64,000 bases of DNA from Candidatus Magasanikiibacteriota bacterium (GCA_963840935.1 CAWJAS010000001.1:384875-448874), one strand, 5' to 3'; shown: positions 55,205 through 64,000, counted from the stretch's first letter. Translations and numbers: made by a program. The notes: generated by a model not told the origin, from the letters alone.

Positions 55205-55236
55205 AAACCGCCATGATTTGAATGGCGGTTTTTTGA
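55205..55236 (+). terminator. Rho-independent terminator
   Basis: AACCGCCAT-GATTTGA-ATGGCGGTT followed by TTTTTG. Confidence 0.65.
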
Positions 55237-55301
55237 TTGACATTTTTTGTAAAAAATGCTATTTTTTGAATTAATGGATAAAACAAAAAGGAGGGAGCAT
55301 A

Positions 55302-55916
55302 ATGTTGTTTGAAATTTCTTCCAAGGAATTGCTGGCCGGCACAAGAGCTCACCGGCGAAACCATCCGGAGGAAAAGGAACAAAGATTGGCGTGGCTTCGT
55401 CGGGAGCGTAGCGCCAACGCTTCTTTTGACGAACCGGATGTGAAGGAGTTTTTGAATATTTATGGCGTAGATCTTTTAGAGGCCGTGGCAAGGGAAGCGG
55501 AGGAGCCATATGACCTGCTTGCACAGTGTGCCACGCCGATCGATCGAATCGAGATTCAGTTCTGGCTTAGCCAGTTGAGGAATCCGGAATCTCGCCGAGC
55601 ACTCTATTCTCTTTTTAACGATCGTGTCGTGGTACTGTATTGCCTTCTCGGCGGAAGGCAGATATTGTCTTTTGTTCAAGGCCGTGTTTATCCATCACTT
55701 TCCCCCTATTGCGTCTACCCGCCGGATACGTCAACCGATTTTTTGGCGGATGATTTTGAAGAGGTTGTCGATTACGACCGTTTCTGCGAGCCGGCCGATT
55801 ACAACCATATTCTTTCGGCGATTTTCGCCGAGTGGGTGAATGGTCGTCCGAAGAGCGCTTTCGCTCGCGATTTCATCTGTACGGCGTGCGAACGAGTCGA
55901 AAACACAGGGTGCTGA
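55302..55916 (+). CDS. Hypothetical protein (204 aa), GC-richer, no family recognised
   Basis: ORF with RBS GGAGGGAG upstream and terminator downstream. Confidence 0.4.
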   Translation: MLFEISSKELLAGTRAHRRNHPEEKEQRLAWLRRERSANASFDEPDVKEFLNIYGVDLLEAVAREAEEPYDLLAQCATPIDRIEIQFWLSQLRNPESRRALYSLFNDRVVVLYCLLGGRQILSFVQGRVYPSLSPYCVYPPDTSTDFLADDFEEVVDYDRFCEPADYNHILSAIFAEWVNGRPKSAFARDFICTACERVENTGC

Positions 55917-55938
55917 ATAGTTCATTTTTGTAGCATAA

Positions 55939-55967
55939 CCGGCAGGTTTCTCTGCCGGTTTTTTTAT
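55939..55967 (+). terminator. Rho-independent terminator
   Basis: CCGGCAG-GTTTCT-CTGCCGG followed by TTTTTTTAT. Confidence 0.65.
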
Positions 55968-56027
55968 TTTTCCCGAATTATGGTATAATTATATATACAA
56001 GGCCTTTATTAATCAGCTTGATTATTT

Positions 56028-59000
56028 ATGGCATCATTTCCTTTTGAACAAGAGAAAAAAATCGATAAAAACGAGATTTCTTGTGATATCAGCAAGGAAT
56101 ATTTTTTGAATTTTATAAACAGCATATTGGACGGAGTGGCGGTAATTGATTTTAAAGGAACCATTACTTTTTTTAATGATTCTGCGGCAAAAATTTTGGA
56201 AATAGAAAAACCAAAAAAATGGATTGGCAAAAATATTATTGAATTTTTGCCTAAAGAAACCCACGGTGAAGTAATAAAAGATATGATTAAGGTCAAGCTC
56301 GGAAAGGGCGGTTATTTGAGAACATATAAAATGAAAACTGCCAAAGGCAGAGAAGTTTATATCGAAAATATCGGTACCAAAACCACTTTTTTTAATCGTT
56401 CTGTAATTTTAATTTCTTTTCGCGACGTGTCGGAGCGTGTTCAAAATGAATTAAATTTAAAAAAAGAGATAGAACAATCAAATTTTTTAAGAGACATTAT
56501 TTTTTCGGTTAATAAATTCGATAATTTGAATTTATTGCTTGATAACATATTAAATTTGGTAATTAAATTTTTTGATTTTGACGGCGGTGGAATTTATTTG
56601 ATTGATAAAAATAAAAAAATGGCAACGGTGGTAGTTGACCATAATCTGCCAAAAAAATTTTTGGAACAGGTAAGATGCGTTCCAATTAATAAAAAACCGT
56701 ATAACCAAATATTTGTTAAGGGTAAGCCGATAGTTTCAGAAAATTATTCGGAAGTTCATCGGGAACGGGCCAAGAAATTCGGCTTTAAATCATTAGCGAG
56801 CATACCGCTTATCGCAGGCACAGAAATTATCGGAGCTTTAAATATAACTAGCATGAGGCGATCGTTTTTTACTGACTCCGAAAAACAGCTTCTTTCTTCC
56901 GTTGGGAATCAATTGGGTGGAGCAATTAAACGAACTTGGTCTGAGATTGAACTGAAACACAGTAAAGAAAGGTATAAAATGATATTGGATAATATTATGG
57001 ACATTGTTTATTCGATTGACACTTCAGGCAAGATAATTTTTATCAGTCCAAATGTATCTTTATGGGGCTATCGAATGGAGGATATTTTAGGCAGAAATAT
57101 GAACGATTTTGTTCACCCGGACGATATTAAGATTGTTCAAAAATCGCTCAAGAAATCTTTGGTGGACAACAAGCCTTTTTACACGACTTTTCGGTTATTA
57201 AAAAAAGATGGAACCTCGATTTATGCGGAAGAATTTGGTCGTGCCGCCCTAAATGAAAAGGGTGAATTTATTATGTTTTCCGGTATTATTCGCGACGTAT
57301 CAGAAAGGTACGCTTTTATGGAGCAGTTAAAAAATTATAATAATCGTTTAAGAATTATTTTTGAAAATGCGCCGGAACCTTATTACTTGAGCGACATGAA
57401 AGGCGTTTTGATAGACGGAAATATTGCGGCTCAAAAGTTATTGGGTTACAAAAAAGAAGAGTTGGTCGGTCAAAGTTTTTTAAAAATGAAAAGATTGCTG
57501 GCACCGGGGCAAACTTTAAAAATTATTTCCTTATTAAGGCATAATAAACGCGGTAAATCGACCGGTCCCGATGAATTTGTTTTATTAAAAAAGAATGGGG
57601 AGCCGATTACGGTGGAAATAAGCACTCACCCTGTTATTATTGATGGTAAAAAACTTGTTTTGGGGATTGCCAGAGATATCAGCGCTCGCAAACAAGCGGA
57701 AATTGCTTTGCAATACGAACGAGACAGAAATGCTCTTTATTTGAATATTGTGGGAGTGATGATCGTTATTATTGGTGCTGATGGTAAAGTTATTTCCGTC
57801 AATCGAAAGACCTGTGAGATTTTGGGTTATTCGGAAGACAAAATAATCGGGAAAGATTGGTTTGATAATTTTATACCAAAAAAGTACCGCAAAGATGTTG
57901 GTGGTTTATTTAGGATGATTTTATCCGGAAAAAAAGAAATGCCTAATTTTCATGAAAATTCCATTCTGACGGCAGACGGAAATGAAAGAGTGACAGCGTG
58001 GAACAATACCGTAATTAAGGATGTTAATGGGAAAATTATTGCTTCCCTGAGTTCCGGCGAAGATATAACTGAAAGAAAAAAATCGGAAGAAATATTGGCG
58101 CGGCATGTGAATGATTTGGAAAAAACAAAAAATACCTTAAGTTCAGCTCTTGCTGAAGTAAAACGTGAAAAAATAATTTCTGAAAATTTGGCTTCCGATT
58201 TGAAAAAATTCAAATTAGCTGTTGATGGCGCATCTGACCATATAATTATAACTGATATTGATTCCAATATCGTTTATGCTAATGGAGCGGCTGAAAGAAT
58301 TACCGGATATAAGATTAGCGAAATGATTGGCAATAATCCGGGTAAATTATGGGGCGGACAAATGAAAAAAGAATTTTTTAAACAAATGTGGCGAATAATT
58401 AAGGAAGAAAAAAAGATTTACAGCGGAGAGTTAAAAAATAAACGAAAAAATGGCGAAATATACGATGCGGAGGTGAGGATTTCTCCGATTAAAGACAAAA
58501 AAAATAATGTTTTATTTTTTGTTGGAATTGAAAGAGATATAACCGAAGCAAAAAATATTGACCAGGCAAAAACCGAGTTCATCTCTATTGCCTCGCATCA
58601 ATTGCGAACCCCTTTAACCGGAATTAAATGGTTTGCCGAATTGCTTTTATCAGATGAAGGTCAATTAACAGACAAGCAACACGATTATATTAAAAAAATA
58701 TACAATAGCAATCAAAAAATGCTTAATTTAGTAAAAGATTTGCTTGATGTATCTCATATCGAAAGCGGGAAAAAATTCAGCATTCAAAAGAAAAATATTA
58801 ATTTGGCGCTTGTTATTAAGCGAGCGGTCAGCGATCATATGCAGGCGGGAAAAGTTAAAAGAGTCACAATAGAGAAGGTCCAATTGTCAAAATCGTTGCC
58901 AATTTATGCCGATGGCGATAAAATATACCAAGTGTTGCAGAATTTACTTACCAATGCCATAAAGTACTCAAAAATTGGAGGTACAATTGAAATTGGGGTT

Positions 59001-59201
59001 CAAAAAAATAAAAACTCATATTTATTATTCGTGCGCGATTATGGCTTGGGAATTCCCGCGACTTCAAAAGATAAAATTTTTGATAAATTTTATCGAGCAA
59101 AAAATGTTGTTGAAGCGGGTAGTGCCGGAACGGGACTTGGTCTTTATATTGCCAAATCAATTGTTGTGGCACATGGCGGAAAAATTTGGTTTGAAATTTG
59201 A
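56028..59201 (+). CDS. Multi-PAS/GAF sensor histidine kinase (1057 aa, cytoplasmic)
   Basis: Several PAS-like repeats plus a GAF-like segment; H-box ASHQLRTPLTGI; HATPase_c G-boxes (GTGLGLYIAKSIVVAHGGKIW). Confidence 0.9.
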   Translation: MASFPFEQEKKIDKNEISCDISKEYFLNFINSILDGVAVIDFKGTITFFNDSAAKILEIEKPKKWIGKNIIEFLPKETHGEVIKDMIKVKLGKGGYLRTYKMKTAKGREVYIENIGTKTTFFNRSVILISFRDVSERVQNELNLKKEIEQSNFLRDIIFSVNKFDNLNLLLDNILNLVIKFFDFDGGGIYLIDKNKKMATVVVDHNLPKKFLEQVRCVPINKKPYNQIFVKGKPIVSENYSEVHRERAKKFGFKSLASIPLIAGTEIIGALNITSMRRSFFTDSEKQLLSSVGNQLGGAIKRTWSEIELKHSKERYKMILDNIMDIVYSIDTSGKIIFISPNVSLWGYRMEDILGRNMNDFVHPDDIKIVQKSLKKSLVDNKPFYTTFRLLKKDGTSIYAEEFGRAALNEKGEFIMFSGIIRDVSERYAFMEQLKNYNNRLRIIFENAPEPYYLSDMKGVLIDGNIAAQKLLGYKKEELVGQSFLKMKRLLAPGQTLKIISLLRHNKRGKSTGPDEFVLLKKNGEPITVEISTHPVIIDGKKLVLGIARDISARKQAEIALQYERDRNALYLNIVGVMIVIIGADGKVISVNRKTCEILGYSEDKIIGKDWFDNFIPKKYRKDVGGLFRMILSGKKEMPNFHENSILTADGNERVTAWNNTVIKDVNGKIIASLSSGEDITERKKSEEILARHVNDLEKTKNTLSSALAEVKREKIISENLASDLKKFKLAVDGASDHIIITDIDSNIVYANGAAERITGYKISEMIGNNPGKLWGGQMKKEFFKQMWRIIKEEKKIYSGELKNKRKNGEIYDAEVRISPIKDKKNNVLFFVGIERDITEAKNIDQAKTEFISIASHQLRTPLTGIKWFAELLLSDEGQLTDKQHDYIKKIYNSNQKMLNLVKDLLDVSHIESGKKFSIQKKNINLALVIKRAVSDHMQAGKVKRVTIEKVQLSKSLPIYADGDKIYQVLQNLLTNAIKYSKIGGTIEIGVQKNKNSYLLFVRDYGLGIPATSKDKIFDKFYRAKNVVEAGSAGTGLGLYIAKSIVVAHGGKIWFEI

Positions 59202-59270
59202 CGAAAATAAAGAAACAACTTTTTATTTTGAATTGCCGAAAAAATAAAATTTATTTATTTATATTTTTTT

Positions 59271-59645
59271 ATGAAAAAAATATTAATTGTGGAGGATGAA
59301 ATTGATTTGTGCGACATTATCGCGGATCAGTTTAAACATGAATCGTTTGATGTTTTAGTCGCTCGCGACGGAGAAGAGGGGTTGGAAAAAGCTATAAAGC
59401 ATCATCCCGATATTACTTTGCTTGATATTGTTATGCCAAAAATGGATGGATTATCGATGCTTAAAAAATTACGTGAAGATAAATGGGGGGCAACTGCCAA
59501 CGTGATATTACTCACTAATTTAAGCGATAATGAAAAAGTGGCGGAAGCGATGAAAAATAAAACTTATGATTATCTGGTTAAATCCGATTGGAATATTAAG
59601 GATGTTGTAAAATTGGTTAGCGAAAAATTGGCAAAACAAAAATAG
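59271..59645 (+). CDS. Stand-alone response-regulator receiver domain (CheY-like)
   Basis: KILIVEDE, phospho-acceptor D in ITLLDIVMPKMDG, conserved K (LVKSD). Confidence 0.85.
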   Translation: MKKILIVEDEIDLCDIIADQFKHESFDVLVARDGEEGLEKAIKHHPDITLLDIVMPKMDGLSMLKKLREDKWGATANVILLTNLSDNEKVAEAMKNKTYDYLVKSDWNIKDVVKLVSEKLAKQK

Positions 59646-59687
59646 TTGCCTTGTTCGCTTCCTTTTGGTATAGTTGAACCGTATTTT

Positions 59688-59993
59688 ATGGCTTTATCAA
59701 TTGCAGAAATTAAGAAAATTGCTTTTTTAGCGCGCCTTAATTTGACTCCGGAAGAAGAAGCGCGCCACGCCGAAACTATTTCGGCGGTTTTGAATTACAT
59801 GGAATTATTGGATGAAGTTGACACGGAGAAAATTGAGCCGACTTTTACCGTGACGGGTCTTGTTAATATAGTGCGCGACGATGAACCGGAGCCTTCTTTG
59901 AATAAAGAACAGCTTATTGGTGCCATGCCAAAAGTTAAAGCGGGTTTGCTGGAAGTGCCTGGTGTTTTTAAAAACGAGGATAATTCGCATTGA
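59688..59993 (+). CDS. gatC: Asp/Glu-tRNA amidotransferase subunit C
   Basis: Start set to ATG 59688 (MALSIAEIKKIAFLARLNLTPEE...); GatC-length (101 aa); stop TGA overlaps gatA ATG (TGATATG). Confidence 0.8.
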   Translation: MALSIAEIKKIAFLARLNLTPEEEARHAETISAVLNYMELLDEVDTEKIEPTFTVTGLVNIVRDDEPEPSLNKEQLIGAMPKVKAGLLEVPGVFKNEDNSH

Positions 59994-59994
59994 T

Positions 59995-61426
59995 ATGAAT
60001 TTGAATGAACTGACAATCAAGGAAGCTGGAACGGGCTTGCGAAAGAAGGAGTTTAGCGCTTTAGAATTAACCGAGGCTTGTTTAAAACGGGCTAAAAAAA
60101 GTAGTAAAGATTTAAATAATTACATTACCATCGTCGACGAAGACGCTGTAATGGCGGCTAAAAATGCCGATGAGATATTAAAAAACAAAAAGGCCGGTGC
60201 CTTGGTCGGAATTCCATTTTCTGTCAAAGATGCTATTTGCACTATAGGCGTGCGTTCAACTGGTTCGGCAAAAATTCTTGATAATTACGTTCCTCCCTAT
60301 GAAGCCACTGTAATTAAAAAAATTCGGCAAAGCGGGGGAGTATTAATCGGAAAAAATAATTGCGATGCTTTTGGGCACGGAGCCAGCAATGAAAACAGCA
60401 TGTACGGTCCGGTTAAAAATCCTCATGATTTAAAAAAAGTTGCCGGAGGTTCAAGTGGCGGTTCAGCGGCGGCCGTTGCTGATAATTCTTGTTTGTATGC
60501 AATTGCTGAAGACACCGGAGGCTCTATCAGACAACCAGCTTCATTTTGCGGTGTTGCCGGTTTACGCCCAAGCTATGGACGTAATTCCAGATATGGCATA
60601 ATGCCGATGGCTTCATCGCTTGATACGGTCGGACCGATTGCCAAAACAGTTGAAGATATTGCTATAATCATGGAAGAAATCGCCGGTGTTGATCGCAAAA
60701 GATGCTACCACCGCGCACGCACCGGTGCCAAAATATTCGGAATTAATTGATAAAAAAATTGACGGGCTGGTAATAGGTGTGCCAAAAGAATATTTTGAAA
60801 TCGCGGGAATGGATAATGAAGTGGCCGAAAGAACCGGCCTTGCCATTGAAACGCTAAAAAAGCTTGGTTGTAAAATTATGCCGGTTAGTCTGCCTCATAC
60901 AAAATATGCTATTGCTGTTTACTATATAATTGTGCCGTCTGAAGATAGTTCAAATTTGGCGCGTTTAGATGGTGTGCGTTACGGTGTTCGCGTTCCTAGT
61001 GATGACCTGTTTAATTTATACGCCCAATCGCGAGCGACCGGTTTCCCGGAAGAAGTAAAGCGCAGAATTCTTATTGGTGCGTACGCATTATCGGCCGGAT
61101 ATTATGATGCCTATTACAAAAAAGCGCAAAAAGTTAGAACGTTAATTATTGATGATTTTAAAAAAGTGTTCAAAAAAGTTGACGCTTTGATTACGCCTAC
61201 TTCTCCTTTTCCGGCTTTTAATATTGGAGAAAAAATTAATGACCCGATATCTTTGTATTTATCGGATGCCATGGTTTCGCCGGCAGCTGTTGCCGGAATG
61301 CCGGCTTTGTCTGTTCCGGCAGGTACCACAAAAAAAGGTTTGCCAATCGGAGTACAAATTATCGGCAGTAGCTTGGATGAAACGACAGTGCTTAATGTCG
61401 GTCATTGGCTTCAAAAAAGTTTATAA
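59995..61426 (+). CDS. gatA: Asp/Glu-tRNA amidotransferase subunit A, interrupted by a +1 frameshift in an AAAA run at 60697-60700
   Basis: N-part (59995-60750) and C-part (60686-61426) are both clear amidase-signature GatA halves (GGSSGGSAAAVA, catalytic Ser region); deleting one A restores IAGVDRKDATTAHAPVPKY. Confidence 0.85.
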
Positions 61427-61443
61427 ATTTAATTATTTATAAG

Positions 61444-62793
61444 ATGAAAGATTCAAATAAAAAAATTGAAGAAGAAAACCTTGGCTCATCGGAAGCGCCT
61501 TTGATTACGGCCGGTGCCATGGTTGATTATCGTGAATCATGGAGAGTGTTCAAAATAATGTCCGAATTTGTGGAAGGTTATCATTTTTTGGGTGAATTAA
61601 AAAACGAAGTGACTATTTTGGGTTCCGCCAGATTGGCGCCAAACAATAAATATTACAAAATTGCCGTTGATTTAGGGCGTTTACTTGGTAAAAACGGTTT
61701 TACCACCATAACGGGCGGAGGCCCCGGAATTATGGAAGCGGCAAATCGCGGTGCTTATGAAGTCGGCGGTGAATTGGTTGGAATCAATATTCAATTGCCG
61801 TTTGAACAACGCATCAACCCTTATGTAAAAAAATCAGTTGCTTTTTATTATTTTTTCACTCGCAAGGTAATGTTGACGGCGCCGGCTAACGCGTTTGTCT
61901 TTTTTCCCGGTGGTTTTGGTACTTTAGATGAATTTTTTGAAGTCGTTGATTTGATAGAACAAGGATATTTGCCTGATTCGCCGATTATATTGGTGGGTTC
62001 GGAATTTTGGCAACCGGTTTTGAATTTTTTGAAGGACAAATCATTAAAAATGATCAATGCGATTTCCGAAGAGAATATGGCAAATTGGTATTTGGTTGAT
62101 ACCGCGGAAGACGCATTTGAGCACATAAAAGACACGGCCGACCGTCCGAATACCTATAGTCCGGCTTTGGGTCCGGATCAATCTCGCGAGGCCGAGTGGA
62201 GAATATTTCGAATAATGTCCGAGTTGGTTGAAGGTTTTGATTTTTTGAGTGGATTAAAAAATAATATCAGTGTTTTGGGAACAAAAAGCATCACCTCAAA
62301 ATCAAAGTATTACGAAGTTGCTTTAGAAATGGGACGCCATTTTGCCAAAGCGGGGTATTCCGTAGCGACCGGCGGGGGGCCGGGCATCATGGAAGCGGCA
62401 AATCGCGGAGCTTATGAAGCCGGTGGCGAGAGTATCGGGATAAATATGCATGTCAGCGGTCTTGAGAGAAGAAATAAATATTTAACGTCCTCGGCCAGTT
62501 TTTCTTATCCTTTTGTTAGAAAATTAATTATCACCACTCCGTCAAACGGTTTTATATTTTTTCCGGGAGGATTTGGAACTTTGCATCAACTTTTTGAATT
62601 ATTAACATTGGTAGAAACGGGTAAAATCAAAAAGATTCCCTTGTGTTTATATGACAGTGATTTTTGGAAGCCACTTCAAGATTTAATAAATAAAATGTTT
62701 GTTGATTTTCACACAATTAGCACCGGAGACAGGGATTTGTGCAAGATTGTAGAAAATATCGAGGAGGCATATAACTGTTTTGATTCCAAATGA
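61444..62793 (+). CDS. Tandem fusion of two LOG-family (TIGR00730, cytokinin riboside 5'-monophosphate phosphoribohydrolase-like) domains
   Basis: Two copies of GGGPGIMEAANRGAYE...PGGFGTL(D/H)E; start set to ATG 61444 to avoid overlap with gatA. Confidence 0.8.
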   Translation: MKDSNKKIEEENLGSSEAPLITAGAMVDYRESWRVFKIMSEFVEGYHFLGELKNEVTILGSARLAPNNKYYKIAVDLGRLLGKNGFTTITGGGPGIMEAANRGAYEVGGELVGINIQLPFEQRINPYVKKSVAFYYFFTRKVMLTAPANAFVFFPGGFGTLDEFFEVVDLIEQGYLPDSPIILVGSEFWQPVLNFLKDKSLKMINAISEENMANWYLVDTAEDAFEHIKDTADRPNTYSPALGPDQSREAEWRIFRIMSELVEGFDFLSGLKNNISVLGTKSITSKSKYYEVALEMGRHFAKAGYSVATGGGPGIMEAANRGAYEAGGESIGINMHVSGLERRNKYLTSSASFSYPFVRKLIITTPSNGFIFFPGGFGTLHQLFELLTLVETGKIKKIPLCLYDSDFWKPLQDLINKMFVDFHTISTGDRDLCKIVENIEEAYNCFDSK

Positions 62794-63566
62794 TACCTTA
62801 TTTTTCTTGGCAAACAATAAGTTTGGGCCCGTTGACTTTTCAAGTTTGGGGTATTTTTGTTTCGCTCGGTTTTTTGGTTGCTTTGCTTTTGGGATTGCAT
62901 TTTGTGAAAAAAAGAAATTTAGATAAAGAAATTTTGACTGATTTATTTATTTGGCTATTACTTGGCGGGATATTGATGGCGAGAGTTTTCCATATTATTT
63001 TTTACGAACCCGCTTATTATATTAATTATCCTTCGGAAATTTTGAAATTTTGGAATGGCGGAGCCTCGTCGCTCGGTGGGCTTGTCGGCGCTTTTGCCGC
63101 GCTGTTGATTTATGCCAGAGTAAAAAAATTTAGTTTTAGAGAGTTTTTGCCATATGGCGATATTATCGGCCTTGTTTTTTGGCTCGGTTGGGGAATAGGC
63201 AGGATTGGTTGTTTTTTTATTCACGATCACCCCGGCAGATTAACTGACTTTTTTTTGGCGGTTAATTTTCCGTCAGGCGCGCGGTTTGATATGGGACTTA
63301 TGGAATCAATTCTTTCTTTTGCTATTTTTGCCGTTGTTTATGTTTTGTATAAAAAAATTCATAATACAATACCGGGAATGTCATTGCTTGCCGGTTTTTG
63401 GATATATTTTGCGGTTCGGTTTTTTATGGATTTTTTGCGCGCTGATGATTTGACTATGGCTGACGCGAGATATTTTTATTTAACCCCGGCGCAATGGGGG
63501 ATGGGAATATTATTTTTTACGTTGACGGCGTTGTATTTGCGTGTTAGAATGCGACAGCAAAATTAA
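62790..63566 (+). CDS. lgt: Prolipoprotein diacylglyceryl transferase
   Basis: Seven-TM profile; Lgt signature GRIGCFFIHDHPG and G-rich loop GGASSLGGLVGA. Confidence 0.85.
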   Translation: MIPYFSWQTISLGPLTFQVWGIFVSLGFLVALLLGLHFVKKRNLDKEILTDLFIWLLLGGILMARVFHIIFYEPAYYINYPSEILKFWNGGASSLGGLVGAFAALLIYARVKKFSFREFLPYGDIIGLVFWLGWGIGRIGCFFIHDHPGRLTDFFLAVNFPSGARFDMGLMESILSFAIFAVVYVLYKKIHNTIPGMSLLAGFWIYFAVRFFMDFLRADDLTMADARYFYLTPAQWGMGILFFTLTALYLRVRMRQQN

Positions 63567-63602
63567 CCCTGGAGGGTTCGCCTAGTGGTCGATGGCGCAC
63601 GT
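63559..63602 (+). repeat. Direct repeat copy 1 (44 bp: 12 bp upstream + first 31-32 nt of tRNA-Ser), identical to 63900-63943
   Basis: AAAATTAACCCTGGAGGGTTCGCCTAGTGGTCGATGGCGCACG read at both positions. Confidence 0.85.
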
Positions 63603-63659
63603 CCCGAAGGGACCCCCTTGGGGTCCCGAAGGGATCCCTTCGGGACTTGGAAAGCTTGT
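63571..63659 (+). pseudogene. Truncated tRNA-Ser copy (acceptor, D-arm, anticodon arm, start of variable arm) with a 45-nt GC-rich insert (63602-63646, including the perfect 24-nt palindrome GTCCCGAAGGGATCCCTTCGGGAC) in the 5' strand of the anticodon stem; no T-arm
   Basis: After the insert, CTTGGAAAGCTTGTAT matches the intact tRNA's CTTGGAAAGCGTGTAT; the sequence then diverges into the GIY-YIG ORF, whose ATG (63660) lies where the variable arm would be. Confidence 0.6.
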
Positions 63660-63926
63660 ATGAAATTTTATTTGTATATAATATTTAGTCAAAGCGCCAA
63701 TCGATGGTATGTTGGCTCATCGAATAATATACAAGATAGGTTAAGACGTCATAATTCCGGTAGTAGTAAATCAACAAAACCGTATTGCCCATGGGTACTG
63801 GCTTATTTTGAAGAGTACAATACTCGTTCTGAGGCCGTAAGAAGAGAATATTATTTAAAATCAACAAAAGGATATAAGGATTTATTAGAAATTAAATATA
63901 AAATTAACCCTGGAGGGTTCGCCTAG
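63660..63926 (+). CDS. Mini GIY-YIG nuclease, UPF0213/YhbQ-like (copy 3 of 3)
   Basis: Start set to ATG 63660: MKFYLYIIFSQSANRWYVGSSNNIQDRLRRHNSG has the GIY-YIG core; the stop codon TAG lies inside the D-arm of the downstream intact tRNA-Ser. Confidence 0.7.
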   Translation: MKFYLYIIFSQSANRWYVGSSNNIQDRLRRHNSGSSKSTKPYCPWVLAYFEEYNTRSEAVRREYYLKSTKGYKDLLEIKYKINPGGFA

Positions 63927-63996
63927 TGGTCGATGGCGCACGCTTGGAAAGCGTGTATACCGAAAGGTATCGAGAGTTCGAATCTCTCACCCTCCG
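63912..63996 (+). tRNA. tRNA-Ser (anticodon GGA), class II
   Basis: Acceptor GGAGGGT/ACCCTCC, anticodon stem CACGC/GCGTG with loop TTGGAAA, 16-nt variable arm TATACCGAAAGGTATC, T-arm GAGAGTTCGAATCTCTC. Confidence 0.85.
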
Positions 63997-64000
63997 CTTA

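Noticed and set aside
63585-63659. Longer N-terminus of GIY-YIG copy 3 (MVDGARPEGTPLGSRRDP...)
   Set aside because: This stretch is the translation of the tRNA-Ser-like fragment and its GC palindrome. The GIY-YIG core starts right after the internal ATG at 63660.
1-64000. Alternative genetic code (UGA recoded, as in some CPR lineages)
   Set aside because: Long, well-conserved genes terminate cleanly at TAA, TAG and TGA. For example gatC ends in a TGA that overlaps the gatA ATG, and the helicase's TGA overlaps the arfB ATG. The standard code 11 fits.

Overview
AT-rich bacterial chromosomal segment, roughly 35-40% GC by eye, with a locally GC-richer block at about 33.4-37.2 kb. Genes are dense and short, many encode small membrane proteins or lipoproteins of unknown function, and all three standard stop codons are used. 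The style is typical of a small-genome, Patescibacteria/CPR-like organism; that is inference only.

Housekeeping genes recognised: secF (5' partial), a tRNA-dihydrouridine synthase, GT2 and GT4 glycosyltransferases, dnaX, tsaB-like, mreB, holB, frr, glyQS, an M16 peptidase, tpiA, a tRNA-Thr/Thr/Tyr cluster followed by rpmG (a 54-aa ORF missing from the supplied ORF track) and tRNA-Trp, a lexA plus Y-family polymerase SOS cassette with a Cheo-type LexA box facing a Pif1-like helicase, csp, arfB, a HAD hydrolase, a T4-endoV-like pyrimidine-dimer glycosylase, corA, a multi-PAS/GAF histidine kinase with a stand-alone receiver, gatC-gatA (gatA interrupted by a +1 frameshift in an AAAA run), a tandem LOG fusion, lgt and tRNA-Ser.

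Accessory content lies at about 33.2-48.4 kb: novel GC-richer genes including a duplicated small Cys-rich gene cassette, a RhuM-Fic/Doc fusion, a NERD protein, a type IIG restriction-modification enzyme, a DUF3800 protein, a DUF2779 nuclease, a UvrD-like helicase with a zinc ribbon, palindromic repeat elements, and two tandem ~110-nt structured repeats that end in their own terminator.

Most notable is a family of three paralogous mini GIY-YIG (UPF0213/YhbQ-like) nuclease genes. Two of them sit in the same unusual arrangement: a truncated upstream copy of a tRNA 5' part carrying a GC-rich palindromic insert in the 5' strand of the anticodon stem, then the GIY-YIG ORF, then the intact tRNA. One is at tRNA-Trp (26.4-26.8 kb). 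The other is at tRNA-Ser (63.56-64.0 kb), with an exact 44-bp direct repeat and a 45-nt palindromic insert. This looks like a tRNA-gene-targeting GIY-YIG mobile cassette, or a conserved tRNA-leader device.

A second candidate system lies at 6.5-11.9 kb, with a paralog at 0.65-2.04 kb. It comprises a membrane-anchored VirB4/VirD4-like P-loop ATPase whose N-terminal domain is duplicated as a stand-alone protein, a charged 164-aa protein, and a large membrane protein with a beta-propeller-like C-terminus.
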